Positions 23,660 through 37,735 of a DNA stretch of 64,000 nucleotides are shown here, in pieces. The stretch is from positions 33,937,604-34,001,603 of the forward strand of contig JASCQW010000098.1 in assembly GCA_030264375.1 (NCBI GenBank). Direction: 5' to 3'. Each line of letters begins with the position of its first letter. Within the stretch, counting starts at the first letter, position 1. The notes beneath the pieces were generated by a model that was not told the origin of the DNA, did no database searches, and saw nothing but the letters and a program-made list of their open reading frames with translations. The translations under genes and the position numbers were made by a program. Source of the stretch: Carcharhinus longimanus (lineage: Eukaryota).

Positions 23660-23980
23660 GACTCCAGCCTTCTCAATATTGAATTGGGAGGAATTTTTGG
23701 TCAGCAAATCCTGAATGTTGCACAAGCAGTTTGGTAACGGGTTAAGAGAGGCTGTAATAAGATAGAACTGTGTGCCGTAGGCATACAGATGGAATCTAAT
23801 TTTGTGTTTATGGATGATATATTTGTGGAGCAGCATGTAGATGAAAAATAGGCGGGACTATGCATAGATCCTTGGGGGACCCCAGAGGTAATAGTGTACG
23901 AGCAGAAAGAGTAAACATTACAAGTAATTATCTGGTTATGACTGAATAGATAGGAATGATGAAGGCAATCCTTCCAAGCC
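23660..23980 (-). mobile_element. L2-clade LINE RT fragment
   Basis: Minus strand ggggtcccccaaggatctatgcatagtcccgcctattt (GVPQGS...P.LF). Confidence 0.6.
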
Positions 23981-24941
23981 TTTGGACTAAAAGTGGAAAA
24001 TCAAATTTCCTGCTGTTAAACACATGTTAAAAATACATAACATTTAACCATCTTTCTGTTACCTTCCTAAATTGACGAAAAATTAACACCCAAGGCCAAT
24101 TTTACAGCTGATTGATATCCAGACGATTAAAGAATGACAGTGTCACGAGGTCAGTTTTTGACATGCTTTTACATAGTAAAACAGTGAGGGGTTGACAACA
24201 AATAAGAGCACTTGCCAGTAGCCCACAGGCGAAAGGGTCTATCAGTTTGTTCATGGTGTGTGCTATTATGTAAAAGGCATTCTGTTCCTGATTTCTGAAT
24301 TGTTGTTCACAGATTTTCTCCTGCAGTTATTGTGATAAATTCGTCAGTTTAACCACCCCGCTTTAAAACTGATGCAATTTAGCTGCTTGTTATGGAAACT
24401 GTGCCATTTCCATTTCAATTGATTCAACATCAGTTTTCCACCTAGTTAAACAGTTGAAAATGGACCTTGTGGACTCCTAGCTAACATACTTTTTTGTGGT
24501 CTGTCATCCAGACCCTTACCCAGCTGCCCATTCTTCACATTTCAATCAGAGGGGCAGGGTTATGTCCAGTTATCCTTGGCTGATATCTACCCTTGTACAT
24601 TTATAGCAAAGGTCACTGAACAGTGATTCAGTGATGTAATCCTAATTTACCCCATCCCCAAAACAGGATCACTGAGATCATTAATTGAATCCTTACTGCC
24701 CTCTGGGATAAGATGAGCTAATTCAGCACAAAAGGGGGTTCAAACTGGAACAATCTTCCCCTGATTTACTTGGTTATTCAGGTTATAAGATTTACTTTAG
24801 CTATTTTAATTTTAGCACTGTATGCTGGATGTCATGCAGGATATTGGCTTAAATGTCCTTTAGGGAAGGAAATCTGCCATCCTTTCCTGGTTTGGTCTAC
24901 ATATGCGTCAGAGCTACAGCAATGTGATTGGCTCTTGGGTA

Positions 24942-25178
24942 ACTGTCTTTATGGAGTTTGCATGTTCTCCCTGTGCCTGTGTGTGTTTCCTTCGGGTGCT
25001 CTGGTTTCCTCCCACGCTCCAAAGATGTGCAGCTTAGGTTGATTGGACTTGCCAAATTGCCCCTTGTTGTCAGGGGGACTGGCAGGGTAATTACATGGGA
25101 TAGGGCCTGTGTGAGATTTTTGTCAGTACAGGCTCGATGGGCTGAATGGCATCCTTCTGCTCTGTAGGCATTCTATGC
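24942..25178 (+). mobile_element. HE1-type V-SINE (5'-truncated) nested in another SINE
   Basis: V-domain ggtttcctcccacgctccaaagatgtgc and CR1-type tail. Confidence 0.8.
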
Positions 25179-25829
25179 CTACAGTACTGCCGTTTGAAAT
25201 GACTTAGTTGTATCATTCAGTTGTATCAATCCAAGGGCAACTAGGGATGGGCAATAAATGCTGCCCAGCCAGTGATGTTCATGTCCCACAAATGAATAAA
25301 AAACAAGAATTGGTCCCAATAGTGAGAGGAATTTGATATTCTGATCTGACCGTATTATAGACAATTCTAATCACCATATTTTACAAGTGCAATAGAGGCA
25401 AAAGAAAGACAATCAAAGAGATTTACAAGAGTCATACCAGAACCGGGAGGTTGTACCAATCAGGAAATGAATAAACAGCTTGGGTTGCTTTTCTCTTGAA
25501 AAGTGAAGACTGAGGAATGACTTGATATGTGCCTTCAGAATTATGATAGAGACAGAGTGAGGGAATTTTAAGTTGAGTCCACATGCAGCGGAGGAGGCTG
25601 GCAAGGGATACAAGGAATTCTGAAGCTAGTAGACCAAACTTTGCTATGACTCTTAATGTTGTGGACAATATAGGCCTACAGGGCAGGATCTAGTGGACCT
25701 ATTTGCCATGAGGATTTGTGGTGGTGTGATCTCAGTTTAAGATCCCCCCCCATCCCAGTGACTTAGTCAGGTTTGTGCCCAAAAAGGGCGAGAACCCAAT
25801 TTGTATAAATTTAACTTAATTTAACTATA

Positions 25830-26192
25830 GTTTTTTTTACTCGTTTGTGGGACATGGGTGTCGCTGGCTGGCCAGCACTTATTGCCCATCCCTAGTTGCC
25901 CTAGGTGGTGGTGAACTGTCTTCTTGAATCGCTGCAGTCCATATTCTGTGGGCTGACCCACAATGCTGTTAGGGAGGGAATTCAGGATTTTGACCCAGTG
26001 ACTGCGAAGAAATGGTTATNNNNNNNNNNNNNNNNNNNNNNNNNNNNNNNNNNNNNNNNNNNNNNNNNNNNNNNNNNNNNNNNNNNNNNNNNNNNNNNNN
26101 NNNNNNNNNNNNNNNNNNNCTTATTGAATGGCGGGGCAGGCTCGAAGGGCCAGATGGCCTACTCCTGCTCCTATTTCTTATGTTCTTATGTT
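25830..26192. mobile_element. LINE 3' end (minus) abutting a gap, followed by a young CR1 tail (plus)
   Basis: ggccagcacttattgcccatccctagttgcc before the gap; CR1 tail at 26120-26192. Confidence 0.7.
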
Positions 26193-26612
26193 CTATTCAA
26201 TCATTTTTCTCTACATCCTGAAAACTAGGTCTGTTAAATTTGATGTTATTTTGTGAAAGAATGTCATCGTAACTCTCAACATCAAACTCGAGCTACTAGC
26301 TGATTTAAATTTCTAAACATTTGCAGATATCTGGTGCCTGTTTCCTCACCACAAAGATATTTTTCATTTTAGTAGATGCGATATTGTGAAGAAATTTCAT
26401 CTATTGGGCTTCAAATTCAATTCTAATGAAATAAGTTTGTCAATACAAACAAATTGCCTCTTCTAGTTTGCTTCAGTAATGGTTATGTAAGTCTCAACTT
26501 TAATATGGAAACCATTAGTTTATAGTCTTCTAAATAGGAATTGAAGAAAATGCTGCAAACTGTAGTGAGCCATGAAATACAAAAAATGCAGAATACTTCC
26601 CCTGAATTGATA

Positions 26613-27740
26613 GGTCCAATTCTTCCAAAAAAGTCCTAAGTGCTGAATTGGTGAGAAAAATGGTGTAATTTATGATTGTTTTTTCAATGGGAGTTCAGAC
26701 TGGAATCTCCCACGCTCTGTGCACTGCCAAGATCGCAATCGTGAATATCAGTAAAAGCATGGGGGTGGAGGGGGGGGAGTTGGTGGGGGAGAGGGTGGTG
26801 GTGGGACCTATTCACACCAGAGTCTGATAGTTCAGGGCCTCTGTGCATGCCCCAATCTGTCAGACTGCACTTTGCTCGATCGCTGGCCAGCACAGGACAT
26901 TTGCACTGCTGCCCCTCGCAACACCCTCATGGCCTGATCGCTGCCCAATCACAGCCAACCCCTGTCCATTTGCGGGCCAGCTGTGATACTACCACCACCG
27001 CCCCCCCAACCGCACCCCCCCCTCCCCACCACCCCCATCCTGGAGCACCATAATCTCCAGCCTCCACCGCACCCCCCAGCAGTGATGATCCCCTCCCAGA
27101 GCCCTAACAGACACCACCCTGCTGACCCCTCCCCAAATGGCCCCAATCGCTGGCCTTCCTCCAGCCTCGACCAATCCTACCTGCAGAGTGGTAGTAGGAC
27201 CCACCCTACCCCTACCAATTGCCCCCTGGCTCATGCCCACAATAGTCCCACCATCTTGGTCCCATCCACAATAGGCCCCACTTCATTCCCAGTGGACAGT
27301 GCACCGTGTGGGCATGGGCACTTTGCCCCTTGGGCAGCACCAGGGGCACAAGCTGGCACTGCCAGAATGCCTATGTCCAGACAGCACCACCCCCCTGGAG
27401 GGCGCTGATTGCCCACCCTTCACTCTGGCAGTGTCTCCCTTTGTTCTATTCTAAACCCCACTGGAGTGAAATACTCCTGGCAGAACGGGAGATGCCCTCG
27501 AGCCTGGAAATTCAGTCCTGGGCCCGATAATGACATTTAAGTGAGATTAAAAACAGTTTTAAATCACTTACTTGCCTTCCCGCTGGTTTCCAGCCTGGTG
27601 CGAACTGTGCCTACTCTCCGGCTGTGGGAGACATGCTGCAACGGGAATGCATGCGTGAATCCCGCGAAATAGCCAACATGCATATCTCCCAACCCGACAT
27701 GCCAAAACACACGCACATTGGGATGGAAGAATCAGGCCCG
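26613..27740. mobile_element. GC-rich MITE-like element with imperfect TIRs
   Basis: Left ggtccaattcttcc vs right ggaagaatcaggccc (reverse complement gggcctgattcttcc); non-coding C-rich interior. Confidence 0.6.
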
Positions 27741-28339
27741 ATATATTTTCTAGAATAATCAAAGTGCAGTCCAAGGATTACAATCCAGTTTTAATGTATC
27801 TCGTGAAATAGAATCAGTACTAAGTTAATATCATTGCCAAGAGCTCCAACAGACAGCCCAAGCACCTCAATATCGCACTCCATTCAGGAGTTATACTTCC
27901 ATTGCAAGCTCAATGATGAGATGGCCTCCTATGGAGGGCACTTCAGGGGTCAATTTAAGATCTGGCTCCTCAGTTGCACATTTTTGCCACCAAAGTCATT
28001 CATTTCACACAGAATCTAAAACTGCAATATAATTTCAGCGTACAGCTCCAAATCAATCTCATATGACTCAGAGGTCAACTGAAAATAGCTTTCCTCAGGA
28101 AACTCTTACCATCTATAACCTCATGGAAAATATGTCACATGAATCAAAACGGTTGTTTTAATTTCCCATCTAAGTCATCCTGTTTATTGTAACATATGTT
28201 GGCAAAAACAACGTAGATAAATATATCTTCATAGAATATAAAGTTGATGACCTAACACTAAAATCTATTTGCCACAATTTTGCACATACACTTGCTTATT
28301 AATATCTATTCATATGTTTATGCATCTATCTACACTGCT

Positions 28340-29730
28340 TACTATCTTTGTGTCATCAGCAAACTTGGACATTTGGCTTTCTATCCCATCATCTAAGTCA
28401 CCAATAAATATGATGAATAATTGAGGCCCCAGTACTGCTCATTACAGAACTGGCTGATGATCCCCATCTCCTGCCATTTAGCCAAATTTCTAACCAGGTC
28501 AATAGTTTGCCTTCAATTTCAGCCAGTTTTGTTCAATGTCCTTTGAAAGTCTATATAAATTACATCCATCCGTCTCCTGTCTATTAACATAAGTAGTACC
28601 ACGTCACAACGGTACTCAAGATAACCCAATAGTTCCAACCCCCAAAATCATGTCTTTTCATGTGCTTGGCATACAAGTTGATTTCTCTGTTCATCCATGA
28701 CATGCTATATTCACATCAGTAGTCAATCTCAACTTTTCACCTCAGGCATGCATGTTACTTATCAGTGCCTTATAATTTAAAGCAAGGCTGTGTTGCAAAG
28801 ATGCGTGGGACTTTAAGACACACCCATCCACTCTATGCATCAGATGCCAAAAACATTTCAACCACCCATGCCAGCAGTTCATTTTTATACTCAGCTTTTA
28901 ACTCAACCCCCATTTTTGGAGGGACTTCATGAGGTTTCAAAAGCCAACTTATACATCAATATTTATGATATTCTGGTCCGTCTTCAAAAAATCAAATATG
29001 ATCGTCAGGCATGACCAACCTGATACAAATCCATGTTGGCTCTATCTGATCAGCTGAAAGTTTTCAAGGTGTTCAGTCATTCTGTCTTTTATTATAGTAA
29101 ATTCATGATAACAGATGTTAGACTAAAGGATCTGTAGTTTCCCAAATACCCTCTCTCACTTTTCTTAAATGATTAGTGACATGCACGAGTTTTCACCCTA
29201 AAGTAGTGGTTCTCCAATCAAGAGACTTTTGGAAGCTTATAGTTAAGATTTAGTCATAGAGATTTACAGCATGGAAACAGGCCCTTTGGCCCAACTTGTC
29301 CATGCTGCCCCTTTTTTTTAAACTCCTAAGCTAGTCCCAATTGCCTGCATTTGGCCCATACCCTCTATACCCATTTTACTCATGTAATTGTCTAAATGCT
29401 TTTTAAAAGACAAAACTGTAGCCACCTTTACTACTGGCAAATTGTTCCAGACACTCACACCCTCTGAAAAAATTCCCCCCTCTGGACACTTTTGTATCTC
29501 TCTCCTCTCTCCTTAAATCTATGCCCACTAGTTTTAGACTATGGTATCTTTGGGAAAAGATGTTGACTGTTTACCTTATTTATGCCACTCATTATTTTAT
29601 AGATCTCTATAAGATCACCTCAAGTCTCCTACACTCCAGAGAAAAAAGTTCCAATCTATCAAGCCTCTCCTTATAACTCAAATCATCAAGTCCCAGTAGC
29701 ATCCTTGTAAAGCTTTCCTGTATTCTTTCT
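28340..29730 (-). mobile_element. Cluster of old CR1-type fragments
   Basis: gtgtcatcagcaaacttgga (KFADDT on minus), caggcatgacc..aaatccatgttggct (SQHGF..GRSCL); CR1 3' end at 29255-29730. Confidence 0.65.
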
Positions 29731-29916
29731 ATAATAATAGAAATGTTCTAATCTACTTTCTCAAAATTTGTGCTTGCGCAAACATCGGCCTGATTCCAGT
29801 CCTGCCCCCATGGAGGTGGGAAATACCAGGTTATGGGGTCAATTTTCGGGATTTTCACAACCAGACCCCTTCCTCAACTTCAATATTAGACCCTTTGGAA
29901 TGCCGAGCTTTTCCTG

Positions 29917-30208
29917 GGATGGCACGGTGGCACAGTAGTCAGCAATGCTGCCTCACAGTGCCAGGGACCTAAGTTCAATTCCTGCCTTGGTCACTGTCCA
30001 CGTGGAGTCTGCTTGTTTTCCCTGTGTCTGCATGGGTTTCATTCGGGTGCTCCGGTTTCCTCCCACAGTCTGAAGGATGTGCCGGTTAGGAGCATTGACC
30101 ATGCTGAATTCTCCCTCAGTGCTCCCAAACAGGGGCCAGAGTGTGGTGAAGAGGGGATTTTCACAGTAACTTCATTGAAATATTAATGTAAGCCTACTTG
30201 TGACACTT
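29917..30208 (+). mobile_element. HE1-like V-SINE with alternative 3' tail
   Basis: Same head and V-domain but tail ggggattttcacagtaacttcattg..ttaatgtaagcctacttgtgacac. Confidence 0.8.
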
Positions 30209-32409
30209 GTGCTAATTTTACAGTTAAATACTGATCCAAAATTCAACATGTCCACCATTTTCTTATTTGCACTGACAGTTTCATAGTTGCCTGATTTCAA
30301 AGGGCCCATGTTATTCTCGATCACCCTCTCCCTTTACTAATGTATCAGTTTTTGTGTTGATTTTGATAACACTTCAATTTTCATACTCCCCTTTTGTACT
30401 TTAGATTATTTGCTTTGTCACTCCTTGATATTCCTTATATATCTCCCATATGCCAGGATGAATGTTTTCTGTGCATTTCTACATGTTTTTATTTTAGCTT
30501 TCTGCTGGTTTTTAGCCCTTTACTTATCCATGGTCTTTTTGTTTGGGAAGTGGATGTCTTGCTCTGTATGAGTTTAAACTGGATCTGTATCACATTAATT
30601 TTTCTTAAACACCACCCACTGACCTTCTGGCATTATGCCCATTAACAGACTTGCCAATTTATTGTGGATAGTCTGTCTTATTGCATTTAAGTTAACTTTA
30701 ACTAAATCTGTTACCTAGGTATCACAGAAGCTGTGGGCTTAAGTCCAACCCTGGAGTCAACACTTCAGATAGTTAAATTCACTCATTCTATTCATATCAA
30801 GCAACAACGCAGATATATCCACCACAAAAGTTAAGTATGTAGTAATGAGCTGACTATAACAGGTGAGGCACAGTGCACAAGTGGGAAGGAATAGAAGCAG
30901 AATGGATTGACTGGAAAGATAGTTCATTTCTATCCCAAGATGGTAAGCACTGGAATTCTAAATTCCTGGGACCAGCAGGGATAATGCTTAGAATTATTGG
31001 TACACATGCCAAAAATACTTCTACCTCTGATACTTACATAGAGAAATCCATCACCCATATCTATGCAGTAAGCCATGATTTTCTATTGAAACTGGTGAAA
31101 AAAAAAGGGAAGAGTGGGCAAGGTGCACAGTGGGCAGCTAGTAAAATATTGCCCATTTCACACCATAGCCTGTAGTTAAAACTACCTCCACGCCTACTTT
31201 ACATTGATAAGGAGTGCCAAGTTTGTGGTTCATTTTAGAAAGCCATATTGACAAAAGCAAGACACCTGGAATCAAATCAAAAAATTCCTTGATTATGCAC
31301 AAATAACTTATTCATATTGGACCATTTCAACCCAAAAGCTTTTCAATATGTATTCCTGGAATACATTGAGATCAGTGCAGCTCAACATTATTGCCAGCAA
31401 CAAGCAAAACAAGCCTCCCAAATTATTTTATTTTAATTAGAAATAACCATAATGTACTAGCAATGTTATCTCATTAAAATTCCCAAGTATTTGGTTATTT
31501 TAACTTTTCAAAAGCTAACAATGTTTTAGAATATAATGTGACAGTTATTTGTGACAATTCCCAGCCAGAAGTGATAAAACCAAAATAGATTTTGGACAAG
31601 TTATTCCTTGAGAGGATGTGAAATATCTCTCAGATGTAGTTTCAATGCTATTCTTTTAAAACTAATTAAATCTTAAGTCTGAATCAAGCTAATCCTGTAC
31701 AGAAATCAGAAGACGACTATTTGGCCCATTGAGTCTATACTGACTATCTGGAAATGCATTCTACCTAGTCCCATTCACTTGTCTTATTCCCATAACCTTG
31801 CATATTTCAGAGAGTAATCCAATTCCCTTTCGAATCGTCAAATGAACCTGCCTCCACCACCCTCAGGAAGTTTGTTCCAGACTCCAACCACACTGGGTGA
31901 AAATCTTTTTCCTCACATCACTTTCATTCCTTTTGCCAATTATTATGAATCTTTAATAGATTACTGATGTGATATAACTTGCACACATACGTACAATCAA
32001 TCATTACTATCTCAACAGGATGTGATATATTCATCCCATAACTTGTAGTCAACCTTCAAACAGCACCAGTTGAGATCAGAAGTGCTGAACTTAGCCTTGT
32101 AGTGAGCACCATCGGCACAGTCTTCACTTCAGATAACTAACCCATGTTATTGCTTCACCAATTTTTGTGTCTGATTAGTATGTTTACATTGAAGAGAAAA
32201 GGAGTATAACATGGTATCAGAGTGACAGCATGGTTTTGGAAGGTTGAACTGAAAAACATACAAGCTTCATCACTTCACATCCGACAGAAGAAAGGACTGT
32301 TGTGAAAGTGAAACAACTATTAAGCCTCACCAATTAAGCAAATGATTCTGCAGCTTTGTAGAAATTCTACACATTTCACATTGTACTGTAGTGTGGGATC
32401 GCACCGTTT

Positions 32410-34015
32410 TAAAATTCATTTGTGGGATATGGCATCGCTGGCTGGCTAGCATTTACTGCCCATCCCTAGTTGTCCTTGAGAAGGTGCTGGTGAGCTGCCT
32501 TCTTGAATTGCTGCAGTCCATGTGGTGTGGGTTGACCCACAATGCCATCAGAGAGGGAATTCCAGGATTTTGACACAGTGACTGCGAAGGAACAGCGATA
32601 TATTTCCAAGTCAGTTTGGTGAGTGGCTTGGAGGGGAACTTGTAGATGGTGATGTTCCCATTTATCTGCTGTCCTTGTCCTTCTAGATGGAAGTGGTCAT
32701 GAGTTTGGAAGGTGCTTTCCAAGGATCTTTGGTGAATTGCTGCAGTGCATCTTGTAGATAGTACACACTGCTGCTACGAGTGTCGCTGCTGAAAGGATTG
32801 AATGTTTGTAGATATGCCAATCAAGCGGGCTGCTTTATTCTGGATGGTGTAAAGCTTCTTGAGTGTTGTTAGTGTTGCACCCATCTAGGCAAGTGGGGGA
32901 GTATTCCATCATACTCCTGACTTGTGCTTTATAGATGTTGGATAGGCTCTGGGAGTCAGAAGGTGAATTATTTGCTGCAGAATTCCTGCTCTTGTAGCCA
33001 CTGTGTTTATGTGGTGATTCCAGTTCAGTTTCTGGACTATGGTAACCCCAAGGATGTTGACAGTGGGGGAGTTCAGTGATGGTTACACCTTTGAGTTTCA
33101 AGGGGCAGTGGTTAGAGTATCTCTTATTGGTGATGGTCATTGCTTGGCATTTGTATGGCGTGAATGTTACTTGCTATTTGTCAGCTCAAGCCTGAATATC
33201 ATCCAGATCTTGTTGTGTTTGAACATTGACTGCTTCAATATCTGAGGAGCCATGAAGGGTGCTGAACTTTACGTGATCACTGGTGAACATCCCCACTTAT
33301 GACGGAGGGAAGGTCATTGATGAAGCTGCTGAAGATTGTTGGGCCTAGGACACTAACCTGAGGGACTCCTGTAGAGATGTCCTGGAGCTGAGATGATTGG
33401 CCCTCCACAATCACAACCATCTTCCTATGTACCATGTATGAATCCAACCAGCGGAGAGTTTGCACCCAACACCCATTGATTCCAGTTTCACTAAGGTTCC
33501 TTAATGCCATACTCATATAAATGCAGCCTTGATGTCAAGGGCTGTCACTCTCACCTCATATCTGTCACCTCAGCTCTTTTATCCATGTTTGAACCAAGGC
33601 TATAGTGAGGTCAGGAGCTGGTGAAACCCAAACTGGGCATCACTGAGCAGGTTATTGCAGAGCAGATGCTGCTTGACAGCACTGTTGATGACCCCTTCCA
33701 TCACTTTACTGATGATCGAGAGTGACTGAGCGGTAATTAGCCAGGTTGGATTTGTCCTTCTTTTTCTACACAGGACATACCTGGGCAATTTTTCACATTG
33801 TTAGATAGATGCCAGTGTTGTAACTGTACTGGAACAGCTTGGCTAGGGAAGCGGCAAGTTCTGAAGCACAAGTCTTCAGTACTATTGCCGGAATGTTATC
33901 AGGGCCTATTGCCTTTGCAATGGGCCCTGATAAATATCCAGTGCTTCCAATCATTTCTTGAGTGAATTGAATTGGCTGGAGACTGGCATTGAGATGCTGG
34001 GGACCACTGGAGGAG
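32410..34015 (-). mobile_element. CR1/L2-superfamily LINE ORF2 fragment with gggcagtaaatgctagcc 3' tail
   Basis: SIISKVMEGVINSAVKQHLL..LLSDAQFGF, GVPQVSVLGPTIFSSFINDLP, IYKAQVRSMMEYSP. Confidence 0.85.
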
Positions 34016-34029
34016 GCTACTACATAAAA

Positions 34030-34480
34030 CGGATTTATGCAGTAGTGTCCAGCCCCATGGAATGCCCCCCCACCCCCAAAAACAAGAATCGATCATGAAG
34101 ACCACACCAGCGGTGCAGAGATGCGTGGAAACCCCAGGGATTGAGGGCCAAGGCTCCTTGGCAATTCCCTGTTTCACTTCCCAGGCAGCATGAGGGGGCA
34201 CTGAAGTGGGCACTGAATTGGTCACTGCCAGGTGGGTTACCCTCCTCCAATTGGGATCAAGTTCTCCTTGAGTGCGGTGGGGTAGAGGGAGAGTGTCCCC
34301 CCCCAATACTTCCTTGGCGGGGGAGGTCGCCCTGATGCTTGTGGGTGGCAAGCAGCGGGGTGGGGTCTTAAATGGCTGTGGAGGATGGGAAGGAGTTTTT
34401 TTTTGCAGGTCAAGGCACCCTTTAAAAGTGGCACCTAAACCCCTATGGAGTTGACCTTGCTAGCTCTATCTGAACATTAC
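34030..34480. mobile_element. GC-rich MITE-like fragment
   Basis: Shares ggcactg/ggcactt and G/C-run motifs with the other GC-rich copies. Confidence 0.4.
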
Positions 34481-34934
34481 TGGCAACATGTGTTATCATC
34501 CTTGCAAAGGTGGTTGAGAGTCACCACCTTGAACCAATGCAGTCCATCTTTTGTAAGTACACCCACATTTCTGTTAGAAAGGAAAATTCAGGATTTTAAT
34601 TTAGCGACAGTGAAGGATTGACAATACAACTCCAAGTCAGGATGGTGTGTGGCTTGGAGGAAAGCATAAAGTTGGTGGTGCTCTCATTGTTACAATTACA
34701 TGGGGAGGGTAGAAAATGGCTCCTATATTTACCACTCCACGTCTTACCATAACATGCTTTTCCCCCAATTTTATAAGAATGAAGGTATTGCTCAATGTCT
34801 ATGCTTAACTATTTATGTATCAATTGCAAAGAAACCACTCTGGCAGGCATTCTTGAGTTTAAAATACAAAGTCATTAGTTTTTACTGAATTGAATACCTC
34901 CCCAAATAAAGATAAACAGATATTCAAAAAGGTA

Positions 34935-35000
34935 AATCACACATGCACATGTGCACGCACACACTCCCACATACACACCCCACCCACCCCACACACACCC
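34935..35000. repeat. Degenerate (CA)n microsatellite
   Basis: cacacatgcacatgtgcacgcacacac...ccccacacacaccc. Confidence 0.6.
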
Positions 35001-36911
35001 TTCGCTGTCTGTGTCCTGCAGGCCACTGTAGCTGTGGCACATTTTGTGCACGATGGCCTTCAAAATTTCTATCTTCAACATCTCATTTCATTTCCTAGTT
35101 TAGAAAGGGAAAGGAATGAGGAATTTGCTCGATGGCAAATCCCATAGAGTCGCCAAATCTGAGTTGAACCGTTCATTATTGTCAATGCGTTTTTGTTTCT
35201 GGAAGCAATACCATTCCATAACATGCATTGCCCATGTTTAGAATGCAAGAATCTGCTGTTCGTGCACTTTTAAACATTGACCATGTGCTTAATACCATAC
35301 AAAATGAGATTCTGCTGTCCACTAGCTTGTCCAACATTCAATACGCAGAAAAGTTTGCAACAGTAAATGTACACATATGGCTCCAATTATTCTAGCTTTT
35401 CCACAGATCACCATTAAAGCTTTGCAGGCTTCCTGTCTGAAAATAATCATTACCCTTACTCCTTCCATTATTTCTAACACAGTCAAATCCTGACCAGATT
35501 TAGGCAGATATACTCTTTCTCCTTCCCAAGTAGACGGTTCTTTAAGCAATTGTGCTTAATAGAGAATAATTCCAATTCATGTATGGCATAATAATTGTCT
35601 GCACATCACAGAAATAATACCTTGTGGCTTTCAACAATATTCAACTTGTTCATTGCTCAGACATACAGGGGAAGTGGAGATGTAATAACAGGAATTTCAA
35701 GCACTGTTATTCTATTTTAAATTTCCCAGAGCTATGACCCAAAATTGCTGAAAGCATCTTATTTTCAGACCTATTGTGAAGGCACTAAACTGTCAAACTG
35801 GACAATGTGTAAGACTACAACTAGAGATTCAAATGAAGACCCCCGTACCCACAAAGACAATTATTTTAAATTGGTCTCATGTCAGACTAAATGCCCTCTA
35901 ACTTTGTGTGTTCTGTATGGTGTAATAATTGACACTGGTGTGATGCGCAAGTAAGGCAGAAAATGATTGAAATGAGGAATTAAATATACTACAGTTCTGG
36001 ATCGACAACAATAGATTACTAATAGGTGTTGACTTTCAGGGTTGGAATTTAACTTTGCAAGTCACTGGGAGCAGAGTGTGCAAGGCAGTCGAGGAGGAGG
36101 GGGGTGGGTGTCTTCAGGTGTTCCTAACAGCGGGGAAAATCTTGAAGTAAGTGCAGCATGCTTGTCAGGGGTGTTTTACCAATATTCCTAGGTCAATTTT
36201 GGAATTCTGACCATTTAGCACCATTGGGCACAATGACGACTCTCATCTTTAAAGGGACACTTCCCTGGATGCGCATGAGGCATTATAAAATTTCACAAAA
36301 AGACATTTTCCCTTTCTCATGAAGATAAGATGCAAATGAAAAGAAGAAGTCATAACTACTATTTGCGCATGAAGTTAGCAGCAGGTGTGAGATTCTAGAC
36401 TCCTGAATTCCATATCAAAAGCTTTACTAATGTTCACCATGAATAGTGAGCACACAGGCACCTTAAACTATATTTGATATGTATGTCACCCCAACCCACT
36501 GGCTTTGCCTTCTCAAGCTGATTCCAGCCTCACTTCTCACCAACTTTCTTACAGGACGCCCTGTGCTCCCTATTCTCACATGTTTCCAACTATTCATTCA
36601 GCCACTGAGCCCCTCACCTTCATCCATATATAAGACCACACCTCTCCCTCAGTTACCCTCAATGAATGTGCTTTGTCCCTCTGTTCAACATGTGCAATTT
36701 GTCTGACTCAAGCGTCTCTTCCTCTCCTTGCAGGAGAATAAGGCATAGAACACAAGGGAAAGTTAGAGAACTATAAGTGGTTCCCTTGACATCCATTTGT
36801 GGGATGCAAATACGGCTGGAAAAGTAAGCATTCATTGCCCATTGCTGATTGCCTTTGAGAATGTGGTGGTGAGCTGCCCACTTGAACCACTGCACTCTTT
36901 GGAGGCAACCT

Positions 36912-37735
36912 TAAGAGCTCACTTTCTCCATCCACGAGATCAGCGATGGGGGTTCAAGATCCAGCGAAACCTGAAAATTGCGAATCTCGCCAAGGACATC
37001 ACGATTTCCCAAAATGAGCGAGAAGCTGATTTTAATACATTTAAATAAATTTGAATATAATTATCACCCACAAATTCCCCTTCACTAACTTTTTGTACTG
37101 CTAGCGAGGTTTACAACATGTTCACCCAGATATGAACCTATCGAGGGGAGCGCAAAAGTGAGCATAGCCCCTGAGGAAGCGGGCTATGCAGTGCACTGCC
37201 CTGTGGCACTGCCTGAACACAGATCAGCACTGGCCCTATGAGGAGCCTTGTGCAGGGATTCATTTATTTGTGGCGTTTGGGAGGGAGCAAATGTACGAGC
37301 GAGGACTGTTTTGGTGAAGGGTGGGTGAAGAGGGAAGGGAAGGGGTCCGATGCCAGTGATGCTCAGGGGGAAGGGTGAGATCTTGACAATGACTGATTGT
37401 GGGTAGTGGGAAGTAGTCTGATGCCAGCAATGACTGTTTGGGGGAGGAGGGTACGGAAAGAGGTCTGATGTCGGCAATGTTTGGGGGAGGATTAGTATGC
37501 TGGCATTGACTGTTTGTGGGGGGGAGCCCATGAGACCTCTGCAGTGGGACGTGGGGAGATTATTTCTTGATCTAATCGAGACCCTGCTGCTCAATGACAG
37601 CATGAAACATGTCCCCCTAGCCTTGTTTTTGCCAAAGCGTCGTAAGATCTGGCGAGAAAACCTGCTTGTTTCTCTCACCAATTTTCAGTCAGATCCTGAA
37701 ACTTGCCTTTTTTTTGTGTTATGGTAACATGGTGC
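36912..37735. mobile_element. GC-rich MITE-like element inserted in a LINE 3' end
   Basis: Host LINE tail (36795-36905, minus) resumes at ~37736 (tgttagggaggaaattccag); a second short TIR element at ~37811-37938 (gtgggattttac...gtagaattccag). Confidence 0.55.

Noticed and set aside
26983-27408. Proline-rich 141-aa ORF (also 229-519, 45730-46062)
   Set aside because: Product of C-rich repeat composition inside MITE-like elements
28590-28970. Possible pogo/Tc2-like MITE interrupting CR1 fragments
   Set aside because: Only one degenerate end is recognisable; no matching TIR or TSD
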